The notes: generated from the letters alone by a model not told the origin. Positions 28,196-38,193 are shown, counted from the first letter of the stretch. The stretch: DNA of 64,000 bases from Candidatus Harrisonbacteria bacterium (GCA_023245035.1 JAHFLD010000001.1:196002-260001), one strand, 5' to 3'. Made by a program: numbers and translations.

Positions 28196-28585
28196 ATGGC
28201 CACTATTCTGTTAGTTGAAGACGATCAATTCCTTTCTTCATTGCTCAAAAATCGCCTCACCCGCGAGGGTTTCACCGTTGCTCACGCCGACAGCGGTCCG
28301 GCGGCTATAGAAATTTTAAAAACCACTCGGCCGGATTTGATGTTGTTGGATCTGATTCTTCCCGAAAAATCCGGTTTTGAAATTTTGGAAGAAATCAAAA
28401 GTGATCCTCGCCTCCAAGGTACAAAATTTCCGGTTATCATCACCTCTAATCTCGGTCAAGAAAGCGACATGGCCAAAGGCAAAGACTTGGGCGTGGTTGA
28501 TTACTTTGTCAAAGCCCGCATCTCTATCGACGAAATTGTTTCCAAGATTAAAAACGTTCTGGCCAGCACATCCGCTAGATCCTAG
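28196..28585 (+). CDS. single-domain response regulator (CheY-like receiver)
   Basis: 'ILLVEDD', then 'DLMLLDLILP', then 'PVIITSNLG...K'. No output domain. Confidence 0.8.
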   Translation: MATILLVEDDQFLSSLLKNRLTREGFTVAHADSGPAAIEILKTTRPDLMLLDLILPEKSGFEILEEIKSDPRLQGTKFPVIITSNLGQESDMAKGKDLGVVDYFVKARISIDEIVSKIKNVLASTSARS

Positions 28586-28722
28586 TTTTTACTAGCTTTT
28601 TCCTAAGTGTTACCAGGGCAGCGACCGGCCATAAATATCCAAAAAGAGGATAAGAAGCAGTTATTAACAATACCTAGTTGCAATAAGTGCTATAATCAAA
28701 CCAGCTTTTGTGAGCGCACCTT

Positions 28723-28817
28723 GGACTACGGAATGCGTTTTAGCCTATTTTTTAGGAGATTTTTATCAAGTCTTAATCAAGATTTGCCGAAAATCAAAAA
28801 ACCGCATTCCGTAGTTC
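28723..28817 (+). promoter_or_regulatory. 13-bp inverted repeat (ACTACGGAATGCG / CGCATTCCGTAGT) in pilin 5' region
   Basis: Arms at 28723..28737 and 28803..28817, about 65 nt apart. Downstream of a TATAAT at 28691..28696 and 50 nt upstream of the pilin ATG. Confidence 0.3.
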
Positions 28818-28866
28818 AAGGAAATGGTCGATGAAATAAAGATTAATGAAATAATTAATTGAAACT

Positions 28867-29508
28867 ATGCAGACACGAAAAGGATTTACCCTGATTGAAC
28901 TTCTGATTGTTATTGGCATTTTAGCGGTGCTCGCCACCACGGTGGTCTTAGTCTTAAACCCGGCGCAAATCTTGGCCGAAACTCGCGACACCCAGAGAAT
29001 TTCTGATTTGGGATCGGTAAACAGCGCTATTGGTTTGTATTTGGCGACGGTTTCGAATCCAACGTTTGGAAGTGGTACGAGTTGCGGCACTTTGGCGCTT
29101 TGGCGATCGAGTGGCGCTGGCGCTACAATCGCAGCGGTTGCGGCGACCCTTAGCCCATTTGCCGGCACCTATACAGGGGCTTCTCTTCCGGCTTCTAATT
29201 TCCGGAACGTTGACGGCACTGGTTGGGTTTCAGCGAACCTCGGAGGTATTAGCGGTGGCTCTCCATTGTCTAATCTTCCTACCGATCCTTCCGCCGCCAA
29301 TGCGGCATCGGCAGCTGCGCTTTCCGCGGCTGGACACTTCTATGCCTTCCAATGCGGTGCTGCCTCGGCGGCCCTAACCTACGAACTTGATGCCAACATG
29401 GAAAGCACTAAGTTCGGCAATACGGGAACTGCTGATGTTGAAAGTACCGATGGCGGAAATGTTGCCTCGGTTTACGAAGTCGGCAACGATCCAGGTCTTG
29501 ATTTATAA
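28867..29508 (+). CDS. type IV pilin (prepilin with class III signal)
   Basis: 'MQTRKGFTLIELLIVIGILAVLA' is a G/FTLIE prepilin cleavage-methylation motif. The N-terminal ~65 aa and the last ~12 aa are shared with the next gene. Confidence 0.75.
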   Translation: MQTRKGFTLIELLIVIGILAVLATTVVLVLNPAQILAETRDTQRISDLGSVNSAIGLYLATVSNPTFGSGTSCGTLALWRSSGAGATIAAVAATLSPFAGTYTGASLPASNFRNVDGTGWVSANLGGISGGSPLSNLPTDPSAANAASAAALSAAGHFYAFQCGAASAALTYELDANMESTKFGNTGTADVESTDGGNVASVYEVGNDPGLDL

Positions 29509-29674
29509 AGTTTTACGGTAATCGTAAAAAAACAAGAAACAACTCGTCTGTCCGGATTCTTTGTGAGGAAGAATAAGGATAAGGGGTTGTTTTTTGTTTT
29601 TACGCCAAGCCCGATATGCTATAATTAAAATAATCGCAAAAGTCATTTCAATAAATCAATAAATTTAAAAACTC

Positions 29675-30382
29675 ATGAAAAATATAAAAACAAAAGGATT
29701 TACCCTGATTGAACTTCTGATTGTTATCGGTATCTTGGCCGTTTTGGCCACAACAGTGGTGTTGGTCTTGAATCCGGCACAGATTTTAGCCGAAACCCGC
29801 GATACCCAGAGAATTTCTGACTTGGGATCGGTGAACAGCGCTATTGGTCTGTATCTGGCTACGGTTTCGAATCCAAATTTAGGTAGTATTCTAGGTGGTG
29901 TCAATGGAAGTTGTGGCGGAGGAAATTTTTACTCCTGGCGATCCAGTGGCGCCGGTAGTCCTCTGGCGGCGGTTCCAACCGCCAACAGCCCATTTGTAAC
30001 CCCAAGTGGATTCACTGCCACCAGTGGTTCGGTTTCCATGCCAGCCTCAGGGTTTAGAAATGTTGACGGCACTGGCTGGATTTCCACGGATTTAAATAAT
30101 ATCTCCGGCGGCTCTCCTTTAGCCAATCTGCCCTCTGATCCTTCAGCGGCTACCGCCTCCGCCGTAGCTCCGCTTTCTGGCGACGGCTCTCTTGGTCATT
30201 TCTATGCGTTTCAATGTGGTGGAGGCGCGGCAACCAGCACCCAATTCGAACTTGATGCCAATATGGAAAGCGTAAAATTTAGCGGAGGTACGACCCCGGG
30301 CTCAGCCGATGTAGAAGGGAATGACGGTGGCAATCAAGCTACGGTTTACGAAGTGGGTAATGCCCCGGGACTCGCGCTGTAA
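29675..30382 (+). CDS. type IV pilin paralog
   Basis: 'MKNIKTKGFTLIELLIVIGILAVLA'. About 85% nt identity to the upstream pilin over the first ~200 nt, with a divergent middle. It has its own TATAAT at ~29612. Confidence 0.75.
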   Translation: MKNIKTKGFTLIELLIVIGILAVLATTVVLVLNPAQILAETRDTQRISDLGSVNSAIGLYLATVSNPNLGSILGGVNGSCGGGNFYSWRSSGAGSPLAAVPTANSPFVTPSGFTATSGSVSMPASGFRNVDGTGWISTDLNNISGGSPLANLPSDPSAATASAVAPLSGDGSLGHFYAFQCGGGAATSTQFELDANMESVKFSGGTTPGSADVEGNDGGNQATVYEVGNAPGLAL

Positions 30383-30385
30383 TAA

Positions 30386-30994
30386 ATGGCAATGAGTGTC
30401 AGAAATTTTTTGGTGGCCAATATTTTCGACCTCCCGTTTTATTTTGGGTTGTCAATTTTAGCTCTAACCTTGGGCGTGCAAATTCTAAAACCACTACTTC
30501 TCAAAAAGTGGTCGCCTAAGGTTTTTGTCGTCGTGCTTGGGTTGTTCGGCTTATATCTCTTCCAAGTCTCCCTCTTGCAATATCACGCCTTTCTAAGCGG
30601 GTTGTTGTCGCCGTTGATTGCTTCTGGGCAAAGTCTAGATTGGTTTTTTGGCTATGTTCGTCTCCACTTCTGGGATCAATACCTTTTCAGTCTCATCGCC
30701 GCGCTATTGTTTTACCTCGCCGCCAAATATTTTAACGACAAAAAAGGGGAGCGTTTTTTTGAACGCGAAGAAGTCTGGCTGGGAATGCTCGGCATCTTTC
30801 TGGTTGGTTATCCAGGGTTGTTTTTCTACATCGCCTTGATGCTCTTATTGCCGGCGTTGCTTTCCGTGGCGTTTCTTCAGAAAAACGAACGTCTCCCGCT
30901 CTACTACTTCTGGTTGCCAACCGCCGTGTTTGTTATACTTATAGTGCATTTTGTTTTGGTTAATCAGGCCTGGTGGGTCAAGTTTATCTTCTAG
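30386..30994 (+). CDS. polytopic membrane protein of unknown function (position suggests a pilus accessory role; no A24 prepilin-peptidase motifs seen)
   Basis: Five or six predicted TM helices. No GxGD/K motif. Confidence 0.35.
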   Translation: MAMSVRNFLVANIFDLPFYFGLSILALTLGVQILKPLLLKKWSPKVFVVVLGLFGLYLFQVSLLQYHAFLSGLLSPLIASGQSLDWFFGYVRLHFWDQYLFSLIAALLFYLAAKYFNDKKGERFFEREEVWLGMLGIFLVGYPGLFFYIALMLLLPALLSVAFLQKNERLPLYYFWLPTAVFVILIVHFVLVNQAWWVKFIF

Positions 30995-31096
30995 CCAATA
31001 AGCGTTCAGCTTTTAGCGTAAAGCGTTTAGTAAGTTGCGCTTCTTGAGTTATGCCCACCTAAACCCTGACCGCTCAACGCTAGGCGCTTTTTCTGT

Positions 31097-32812
31097 ATGC
31101 TAAAAGTTCCTCCAAATAAATTAAAAGAAATTCTGGTTGTTGACGGATTAATCACTCCGGAAGATTTTGATCGCGCCGCTTTGGAATCCAGTCGCATCGG
31201 ACAAGACATCGCCGACACGCTTATTGGCCGCAACGTCATAACCAAAGAATATTACAACGGAGTCATTACTCGTTTTTATAAGATAGAAAAAGCAGATCTT
31301 GGAGCAAATATTGATGAGGCTGTCCTGGAACTTATTACCCAAGACATCGCTCGCGCCAAACGCGTCTTGCCTTTCAAACAAGAGCCAGATGGAACGATTG
31401 ATCTGGCGATGGCCGACCCCACCGATTTAGTAACCATTGATTATTTAAGAAAATATCTCAAGCGCGAAGTTCGCCCATTTTTAGCCTCGGAAGACGATTT
31501 AAACAAGGGGTTGGCGCTCTATAGCAAAAAGTCAGCCGAGAATTTTCGGGAGCTAATCACCGCCAACATCGAAGAATCGCTCAAGGTCATCGGCAAAGAA
31601 GCTCGCGACGCGGCGGTAGATCTCCCTGTGGTGGCTATTATGGACAACATGTTGGCCTATGCCATTGCCGTCGGCGCCTCCGATATTCACCTTGAAGTCT
31701 TGGAGTCGGAAATAGTCGTTCGCTTTCGGATTGACGGGATTCTGCACGAAATTGTTCGCATGCGAAAAGAGATTCATCCGGCTCTCACGGCTCGCATAAA
31801 ACTATTAGCCGGATTAAAACTGGACGAGCACTATAATCCGCAAGACGGCCGATTTCGCTTTGCCACCGGTCCCAATGGTACCGAATTTGTGGATGTCCGA
31901 GTTTCGGTCATGCCCACCTTCTACGGCGAAAAGGCGGAAATGCGCCTGCTAACCGCCTCCAAACAGCACTTGTCTTTTGAGGAGCTGGGTCTCTTGCCCG
32001 ACATGATGAAGTCTTTAAGAGAAAACATCGTGAAGAGTTACGGCATGATCTTGGTAACTGGCCCGACCGGTTCCGGCAAAACAACTCTCATGTATTCCAT
32101 TATGGGAGTTCTCAATCGTCCCGAGGTCAACATCGTAACCATTGAAGACCCGATTGAATACGACATGAAGTATGTCAACCAAACCCAGGTCAATGCTTTG
32201 GCCGGCATTACCTTTGCCAACGGCTTGCGAGCTCTTCTGCGTCAGGATCCCAACATCGTCATGATCGGCGAGATTCGCGACAATGAAACCGTAGACATAG
32301 CGGTCAACGCCGCCTTGACCGGACACTTGGTAATCTCCAGCTTGCATACCAACGATGCCATCGCCGCCATTCCTCGCCTGTTCGATATGAAAGTTCAGCC
32401 GTTTTTGATTGCGGCGGTCTTAAACGCCATCACCGCCCAGCGCCTGGTTCGTCGCATTTGCCTCCATTGCATCGTCTCCTACACCCCGACCGCCGAAGAG
32501 TCGGCCAACTTCGAACGGCAAATCAAACGCATGAATCCAAGTTTTGAATTCTTGGTTCCCAAGACCATGTTCAAAGGACAGGGCTGTGCCGCCTGCGGCC
32601 ACACCGGCTATCGAGGTCGGATCGGCATCTACGAAATCTTGAATATCAGCGAAGATATTCGCAAGGCCATTACCGAACCCAACTTCAATACCAGCCGGAT
32701 AACCGAAATCGCTCGCAAGGAAGGTTTTATATCTATGTCCGAAGACGGTCTGCGCAAAGTTCAACGAGGCATGACGACCCTGGAAGAAGTTCTTCGCGTA
32801 ATCAACGAATAA
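31097..32812 (+). CDS. pilB: type IV pilus assembly ATPase (GspE/PilB family)
   Basis: GspE_N-like N-terminal region. Walker A 'LVTGPTGSGKTTL', Asp box, His box and a tetracysteine 'CLHC...CAAC'. Confidence 0.9.
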   Translation: MLKVPPNKLKEILVVDGLITPEDFDRAALESSRIGQDIADTLIGRNVITKEYYNGVITRFYKIEKADLGANIDEAVLELITQDIARAKRVLPFKQEPDGTIDLAMADPTDLVTIDYLRKYLKREVRPFLASEDDLNKGLALYSKKSAENFRELITANIEESLKVIGKEARDAAVDLPVVAIMDNMLAYAIAVGASDIHLEVLESEIVVRFRIDGILHEIVRMRKEIHPALTARIKLLAGLKLDEHYNPQDGRFRFATGPNGTEFVDVRVSVMPTFYGEKAEMRLLTASKQHLSFEELGLLPDMMKSLRENIVKSYGMILVTGPTGSGKTTLMYSIMGVLNRPEVNIVTIEDPIEYDMKYVNQTQVNALAGITFANGLRALLRQDPNIVMIGEIRDNETVDIAVNAALTGHLVISSLHTNDAIAAIPRLFDMKVQPFLIAAVLNAITAQRLVRRICLHCIVSYTPTAEESANFERQIKRMNPSFEFLVPKTMFKGQGCAACGHTGYRGRIGIYEILNISEDIRKAITEPNFNTSRITEIARKEGFISMSEDGLRKVQRGMTTLEEVLRVINE

Positions 32813-32832
32813 ATCTTCAAAATAATCCATTT

Positions 32833-34044
32833 ATGAAATTTCACTACATCGCTTACGATAAAGACGGCCAAAAATTTGAAGATGACTTCATTGCCGAGGC
32901 GACCTCGGAAGTAATTCACTACTTGACCAACAAGGGTCTTAAGCCGGTCTCCATCGAAGCGCAAAAGTCCACGGCGGCAAGCCCCTCGCGGCAAGTTTTC
33001 GGCCAAAAAATAACCATTAACGACAAGATCTTCCTCACTAAATATTTGGCGCTAATGCTCAAAGTCGGCACCGATATTTTTAAAGCCATCGATATTTTGA
33101 TTCACGATTTTAACAAGCCGGTTCTCAAAGCTCTGCTTCTCGAGGTCAGAACCAATCTGGAAAAGGGTCAGCCGCTCTACACTACTTTTGGCCACTACCC
33201 GCATTATTTTTCTCCGGTTTTCATCAATCTTATTAAAGCCGGAGAATCTTCCGGCAATCTGGAGCAGGCCTTCGCGGATCTGAACCTTTCCTTAGAAAAG
33301 GAAAAAGATTTAAAAGGCAAGATTAAAGCCGCGCTGATTTACCCGCTCCTCCTCTTGGGTTTGTCTTTTGTGATTTTGATTTTTCTCATCACCTTTGCCC
33401 TGCCGAAGATTGCCGCCGTATTTGAAGGCGGCGGTATCAAACCGCCGGCTTTTTCCCGAGTCGTTTTTGCCATCGGCCTCTATTTAGGCAATCACATTGT
33501 TGTTATTATCCCGGCCATTGTCGCAACCCTGACGGCGGTCGCCATTTTTTTCCTCAAAATGCCTCTTGGCAAGAAGGCTCTGGCTTATCTCGGAGCCCGT
33601 CTGCCGATTTTTAAGGGCGTCATCGAAAGAGTGGCTCTCCAGCGTTTTGCCACCACCTTGAGCTCGCTCATGAAGTCCGGTTTGCCGATTTTAAATTCGC
33701 TCGAAATCACCGCCGGAGCCGTCAGCCATGCCGGTATTCGCCAAGCGCTGGAGCGCATCGCCCGCGAACACATTCCCAAAGGCGTCACCCTCGGCGAATC
33801 TTTCCGGCGCGAACCGGCCTTTCCCTCGGTCGTTTCCAACCTCATCGCCATCTCGGAACGAACCGGTCACCTAGACGAGATTCTCCAGACTTTAAGCGGT
33901 TTTTACGAGGCCGAAGTTGACGCTTCGCTAAAAACCCTCGTCGCCTTCATCGAGCCGATGCTCCTGCTCGTCATCGCCGTCGTTGTCGGCACCATAGCGC
34001 TTTCCATTATCGTGCCCATTTATCAACTCGTTGGTCAATTCTAA
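32833..34044 (+). CDS. pilC: type IV pilus inner-membrane platform protein (GspF/PilC family)
   Basis: Two GspF-type repeats with TM segments. 403 aa. Confidence 0.85.
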   Translation: MKFHYIAYDKDGQKFEDDFIAEATSEVIHYLTNKGLKPVSIEAQKSTAASPSRQVFGQKITINDKIFLTKYLALMLKVGTDIFKAIDILIHDFNKPVLKALLLEVRTNLEKGQPLYTTFGHYPHYFSPVFINLIKAGESSGNLEQAFADLNLSLEKEKDLKGKIKAALIYPLLLLGLSFVILIFLITFALPKIAAVFEGGGIKPPAFSRVVFAIGLYLGNHIVVIIPAIVATLTAVAIFFLKMPLGKKALAYLGARLPIFKGVIERVALQRFATTLSSLMKSGLPILNSLEITAGAVSHAGIRQALERIAREHIPKGVTLGESFRREPAFPSVVSNLIAISERTGHLDEILQTLSGFYEAEVDASLKTLVAFIEPMLLLVIAVVVGTIALSIIVPIYQLVGQF

Positions 34045-34049
34045 AAAAC

Positions 34050-34547
34050 ATGGGCTCTCGTCGCGGATTTACTCTTATCGAAATTTTGCTCGTTGCCGGC
34101 ATTATGGCTATTTTAGGCACCGGAATTTTTCTGGCTCTTGATCGCTATCAGTTTGGCAGAAATCTGGAGCTTGACGCCAAGACTCTGCTCTATGCGATTC
34201 GCGATGCTCAACAGCGATCCATCACTCAAGAAGTCAGCTCCGGCGACACACCGGCGCAATGGGGCGTGGTGATTACGCGCACTGCCGTGGCCCCATCATA
34301 TTTTGAGCTGGTGGCTCAAGCAGTCGGTCGTACCAGCACGGTAACCAGCCCCATAACCCGCTTTCAATTGCGCAACGGCGTAGAGTTTGCCTCCGCTGTC
34401 GCGAGCACTAGTATTATTTTTTCCCGCGTGAGCGGTACGCCGCTTGTGGGCGGCACCACAACCGTCAGCTTGTACCTAATTAGCAATTCAGCCGAACGCA
34501 AAACCATCACCATCGATGCCCAGAATGGCCAAGCCAAACTCTTCTAA
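34050..34547 (+). CDS. minor pilin / pseudopilin
   Basis: 'RRGFTLIEILLVAGIMAILG' prepilin motif. Confidence 0.6.
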   Translation: MGSRRGFTLIEILLVAGIMAILGTGIFLALDRYQFGRNLELDAKTLLYAIRDAQQRSITQEVSSGDTPAQWGVVITRTAVAPSYFELVAQAVGRTSTVTSPITRFQLRNGVEFASAVASTSIIFSRVSGTPLVGGTTTVSLYLISNSAERKTITIDAQNGQAKLF

Positions 34548-35634
34548 TCAAAAGGGACAGTCGCTGATCGAAATGCTCCTCGGCTTAACGGTTGGGGCTA
34601 TTATGATTATTGTCGCGGTTGGCGCCTTGTCGGTCAGCTTGCGCACCAATTATCGGGATAACTTTGCTCAAGACGCGAGTTTTATGAACGAGGCTCTTCT
34701 GCAGAATGTTATCAATGTCGCCGAGGGTTTTTGGGGCCAAGTAGCTGCCTTTGCCAATGGCTGTTCAACTATCTTTTGCGGCATTCAGTATCACTTTCCC
34801 GAAATCAGCAAATATGGCCAGCCGGAGTTCAATTTTAGTCAGGTGATTTTTACCATTGTTGATTGCGATAGCGCCAACTACTCGGTCAAAATTAACGACA
34901 ATGACTATTATCCCTGCTTCCGTATTCGCCGAATGTCTCGCGACCAAAACGGGCTTATCGAGGCCGTTTATAACGTCGCCCACGACGACCCGTCAACGCT
35001 CGAGGCCAGCATCAAGACGCGTTGGGTTAACGGCGGCATTTCACAAGAAACTCCGACCTTGATTCGTACCGTTACCCGCAAGCAGGATGAGGTCTTTGTC
35101 CAGACTCGTTGGGAGGGCGGTCCCACGACTCCGGTTGATTCGTCTTATATCTTGCCTCCCACCACTTTTTATTCATCAAGCGCCATCAGCTATGGAACCG
35201 CGGGCGAAATCAAACTGCAATCGCCGGGATCGGGCGAAACCGGAATACTTTTCTCCAATGCTATTTTCGCGCAAAGACTGGTACTGTTGAACTCGGTTAT
35301 GTGGCGGGGAATCTTGCCATCGGGAGCCAGTGTTCAGTTTCAAATCGCCTCCAGTAATTGCGTAAACGGCGCCACCGATGCCCAATGCCTTGTCGGCGCC
35401 TGGGGTACCAGCAACTGCTTCACGACCGGTGGTATAAATAGCTGTTATGTCGGACCCCTTGGTACGAGCGATGGCGCCGATGTCTACACCGCGACTGGCC
35501 CCAATATTCAAATGGCGGTCAATGGCGCGCACCACGGCGACAAATTATATTTCAGATATAAAATCATGCTGAAGCGCGGTAATGGCAACAGTACTCCGAA
35601 TGTGACCGACGTTATTCTAAACTGGTCTCTTTAA
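34516..35634 (+). CDS. large minor-pilin-like protein
   Basis: 'KGQSLIEMLLGLTVGAIMIIVAVG' prepilin-like N-terminus. 372 aa. Confidence 0.5.
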   Translation: MPRMAKPNSSNQKGQSLIEMLLGLTVGAIMIIVAVGALSVSLRTNYRDNFAQDASFMNEALLQNVINVAEGFWGQVAAFANGCSTIFCGIQYHFPEISKYGQPEFNFSQVIFTIVDCDSANYSVKINDNDYYPCFRIRRMSRDQNGLIEAVYNVAHDDPSTLEASIKTRWVNGGISQETPTLIRTVTRKQDEVFVQTRWEGGPTTPVDSSYILPPTTFYSSSAISYGTAGEIKLQSPGSGETGILFSNAIFAQRLVLLNSVMWRGILPSGASVQFQIASSNCVNGATDAQCLVGAWGTSNCFTTGGINSCYVGPLGTSDGADVYTATGPNIQMAVNGAHHGDKLYFRYKIMLKRGNGNSTPNVTDVILNWSL

Positions 35635-35645
35635 GCTAAAAAAAT

Positions 35646-36086
35646 ATGCGCCAAAATAGATCAACATCCGGAGTCGCTTCCTTGCTTGTTACTCTCTTAC
35701 TCGGCGGAATCATCGTCGAGATGAGTCTTATTGGCATGTTGCTTATCACCAAAACGCAAAATGCCAACAGCGGCATTCGCCAGAGTCAGGATACTTTATC
35801 CGCGGCGCAGTCGGGTCTTGATGACGGCATTCTGACCGTTATCCGAAATAAAAACGGCCCGTATGGTGATAAAAATTTCACCGTCGGCGTAGCGACGGTG
35901 GAAGTTGGTTTTTGCAAAAACGCCTACAGTAAAAATTCGGATTGCGACACGCCAGCCGTTGGAATCTACGAGGTGAGCGCCGTCGCGAGTACCGGCTTAA
36001 AACGGCGCAAAATGGCGGCTCAACTGCGAGTTGACGCCATTACCGGCCTGGTTGTAGTAGAATCAATCAAGGAGGTCGTCTTCTGA
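35646..36086 (+). CDS. PilX-like minor pilin (non-canonical N-terminus)
   Basis: Hydrophobic N-terminus 'VASLLVTLLLGGIIVEMSLIGMLL'. Sits in a pilus operon. Confidence 0.4.
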   Translation: MRQNRSTSGVASLLVTLLLGGIIVEMSLIGMLLITKTQNANSGIRQSQDTLSAAQSGLDDGILTVIRNKNGPYGDKNFTVGVATVEVGFCKNAYSKNSDCDTPAVGIYEVSAVASTGLKRRKMAAQLRVDAITGLVVVESIKEVVF

Positions 36087-36093
36087 TTAAGAG

Positions 36094-37614
36094 TTGCTCG
36101 ATATGAACATTCTGGGAAAAATCAAACAAGCGCTCAATCTTATTAATCCGATACCGTCAGTCGGTGGGCTCGAAATTAACGACACCGATATCAAGTTTTT
36201 TTCGGTCAAGGGTTTGAGTTTTAAAAAAGTTGGCCTTCGCCTGCCGCCGGGTATTGTGGAAAACGGCAAGGTTAAAGATCTCCACAACCTAACTCGAGCT
36301 CTGGCATCGCTTCACGCCAAGATCACCAGCCCCAAAGATATACTTCCGGTAGTCTTCCTGATGCCGGCGGAAAACTTATATGTTCAAACTTTTTCCGTGC
36401 CCCAGGTTGATGATGCGCGCCTCGAGGAAACAGCCCGTCTAAATCTGGAAATCATATCCCCGCTTGAATTTTCTAAAGTCTATGCCAGTTGGCAAAAAAT
36501 CGAAACTGCCGGAGAAGCGAGTAACGGCCTCGAACTGCTCGGGGCTTTTGTAGAAAAAAATATCGCCGATGAATTTTCTACCGCCGCCGCCGAAGCTGGA
36601 TTTGCTTTTGTTGCCGTGGGTTTTGCCGCTCTCGCCCTCACTCGAGTCATTAGTCAGGAGGGGATTGGCATCGATAAAAATAAATCTTATTTGGTGTTAT
36701 TTTTTGGCCCCAATGGCGTCGAAATTATCATTATCAAAAACAGCCATTTGCACTTCCACCACTTTACCTCCTGGCGCTCCTTGCAGTCGGAGACTAGAAG
36801 GGGTGAGATCGGTTTGCCGGAGGTGGAAAAATTTCTTATCGGAGAGCTTCAGCGAGTTATTAATTTCTACGCCAGCAAATGGGGCGGAGTGCTGGACTCG
36901 GCTATTTTACTAACTCCCGGCTTTACTCCGGAGGTTGCCGCGATTGTGCGTGACAAATTCGGACTCAAGATTCAAAACCTGACCTTGGGGCACTTTCCCG
37001 ATCTTGGCGAAGGTTGGCTGCCAACTTTAGGCGCTGCTTTGCGCGGACTCATCCCGCGTTCTTCGGATAAGATAATCAGTCTGGCCAGCACCTCGGCGCA
37101 AATGCACTACATCCAAGCTCGTATCATAAAATTTGCCGGATTTTGGCGCCAGGTGCTTATCTCTGTTTTTAGCTTTTTCCTGATCGCCGAACTGGTGGTT
37201 TGTGTGATTGTCGCTCGGGAAGCCGCGAGCATAAATTCTTTGGCGGTGCCAAGTTTAAATTCTGAAAAAGTCGCGACCCTAAGCGATCTTCAGGAAAAAT
37301 CCCGTGCGTTAAACGCCTTAACAAGCAAGGTCGTCGGTATCAAAAAAACCAGCGTGGATTGGATCAAGGTTCTTAAAAAAATACGGGAAACTGGCGCTGG
37401 CTTGGTTCGCCTTAGAACTATAGCTATGAACGGCGGCGGGGTTATTATTGGTGGAACCGCGATCAACCAAGAAGCTGCTATTGAATTCCGCGACGCTCTC
37501 GGTCGCGATCCAGAATTGCTGGAAGTCCGTCTGCCGCTGGCGAATTTAAAAATCGCGGAAGATGAAAGCGCCGAATTTATCGTCAATCTCAAAATTAATC
37601 AAGAGCAGAATTAA
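36094..37614 (+). CDS. pilM: PilM (actin-like) fused to PilN/PilO-like transmembrane and periplasmic region
   Basis: N-terminal PilM-like ~330 aa. A TM helix 'VLISVFSFFLIAELVVCVIV' is followed by a C-terminal ~140 aa. Confidence 0.65.
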   Translation: MLDMNILGKIKQALNLINPIPSVGGLEINDTDIKFFSVKGLSFKKVGLRLPPGIVENGKVKDLHNLTRALASLHAKITSPKDILPVVFLMPAENLYVQTFSVPQVDDARLEETARLNLEIISPLEFSKVYASWQKIETAGEASNGLELLGAFVEKNIADEFSTAAAEAGFAFVAVGFAALALTRVISQEGIGIDKNKSYLVLFFGPNGVEIIIIKNSHLHFHHFTSWRSLQSETRRGEIGLPEVEKFLIGELQRVINFYASKWGGVLDSAILLTPGFTPEVAAIVRDKFGLKIQNLTLGHFPDLGEGWLPTLGAALRGLIPRSSDKIISLASTSAQMHYIQARIIKFAGFWRQVLISVFSFFLIAELVVCVIVAREAASINSLAVPSLNSEKVATLSDLQEKSRALNALTSKVVGIKKTSVDWIKVLKKIRETGAGLVRLRTIAMNGGGVIIGGTAINQEAAIEFRDALGRDPELLEVRLPLANLKIAEDESAEFIVNLKINQEQN

Positions 37615-38120
37615 CCGATATATTGTTCGTGAGCCGTGAGGTTGTTAATTATCTCATCGGCTAACTTTTTGAAAACCGTTTCAAAAATAGCCAGCTCTTC
37701 GGAGGGGATTGGCAGGAGCACGAATTCCAAAGCCTGCCTTTTCTCGGTGCCTGAACGGATTCCAATCCGCGCCCGCCAGAAGGCATTGCTATGAGCGCCG
37801 TCAAAAACACTTTGGACGCCGTTATGCCCCGCCGCCCCGCGATCATGATTTAGCTTATAACTTCCTAAAGTCAGATCGCTATCATCATGAGCCAAGAGAG
37901 TAGTCTCCGGCTTCGCTCCCAGTCTCGTCATCGCGGGCAGAATCCAGGAACCGCTCTCATTCATGAAGCCCGACGTAGGCAGCAAGGCAATCTTCTCTGC
38001 CAAAGAAGCAAACGGAGGGTATTTTTGCAGAAAATTAACAAAACGTGCCCCGATATTATGGTAGGTTCCGGTGTAGCGACCCTCGGAGTTGCCCAGCCCG
38101 GCAATTAATTTTAGTTGCAT
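37611..38120 (-). CDS. pth: peptidyl-tRNA hydrolase
   Basis: 'LIAGLGNSEGRYTGTYHNIG', 'HDDSDL' and 'GHNGVQS' match the Pth active-site regions. Confidence 0.8.
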   Translation of the reverse strand: MQLKLIAGLGNSEGRYTGTYHNIGARFVNFLQKYPPFASLAEKIALLPTSGFMNESGSWILPAMTRLGAKPETTLLAHDDSDLTLGSYKLNHDRGAAGHNGVQSVFDGAHSNAFWRARIGIRSGTEKRQALEFVLLPIPSEELAIFETVFKKLADEIINNLTAHEQYIG

Positions 38121-38193
38121 TGTTGTTCTTTAAAAATAAGTATAGTAGAATGGCTCACAATAGACCACCTCACCGGGATTCAAGACCTAAACC

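Noticed and set aside
28607-28834. 75-aa ORF and 28794..29168 / 29665..29904 minus-strand ORFs around the pilins
   Set aside because: They overlap the pilin 5' UTR inverted repeat or the antisense of the pilin genes. The duplicated antisense ORFs simply mirror the duplicated pilin N-termini.
30386-30994. Prepilin peptidase (PilD) call for the membrane protein between the pilins and pilB
   Set aside because: No A24-family catalytic Asp motifs (such as GxGD/K) and no N-terminal CxxC domain are visible. It is kept as an unknown membrane protein.
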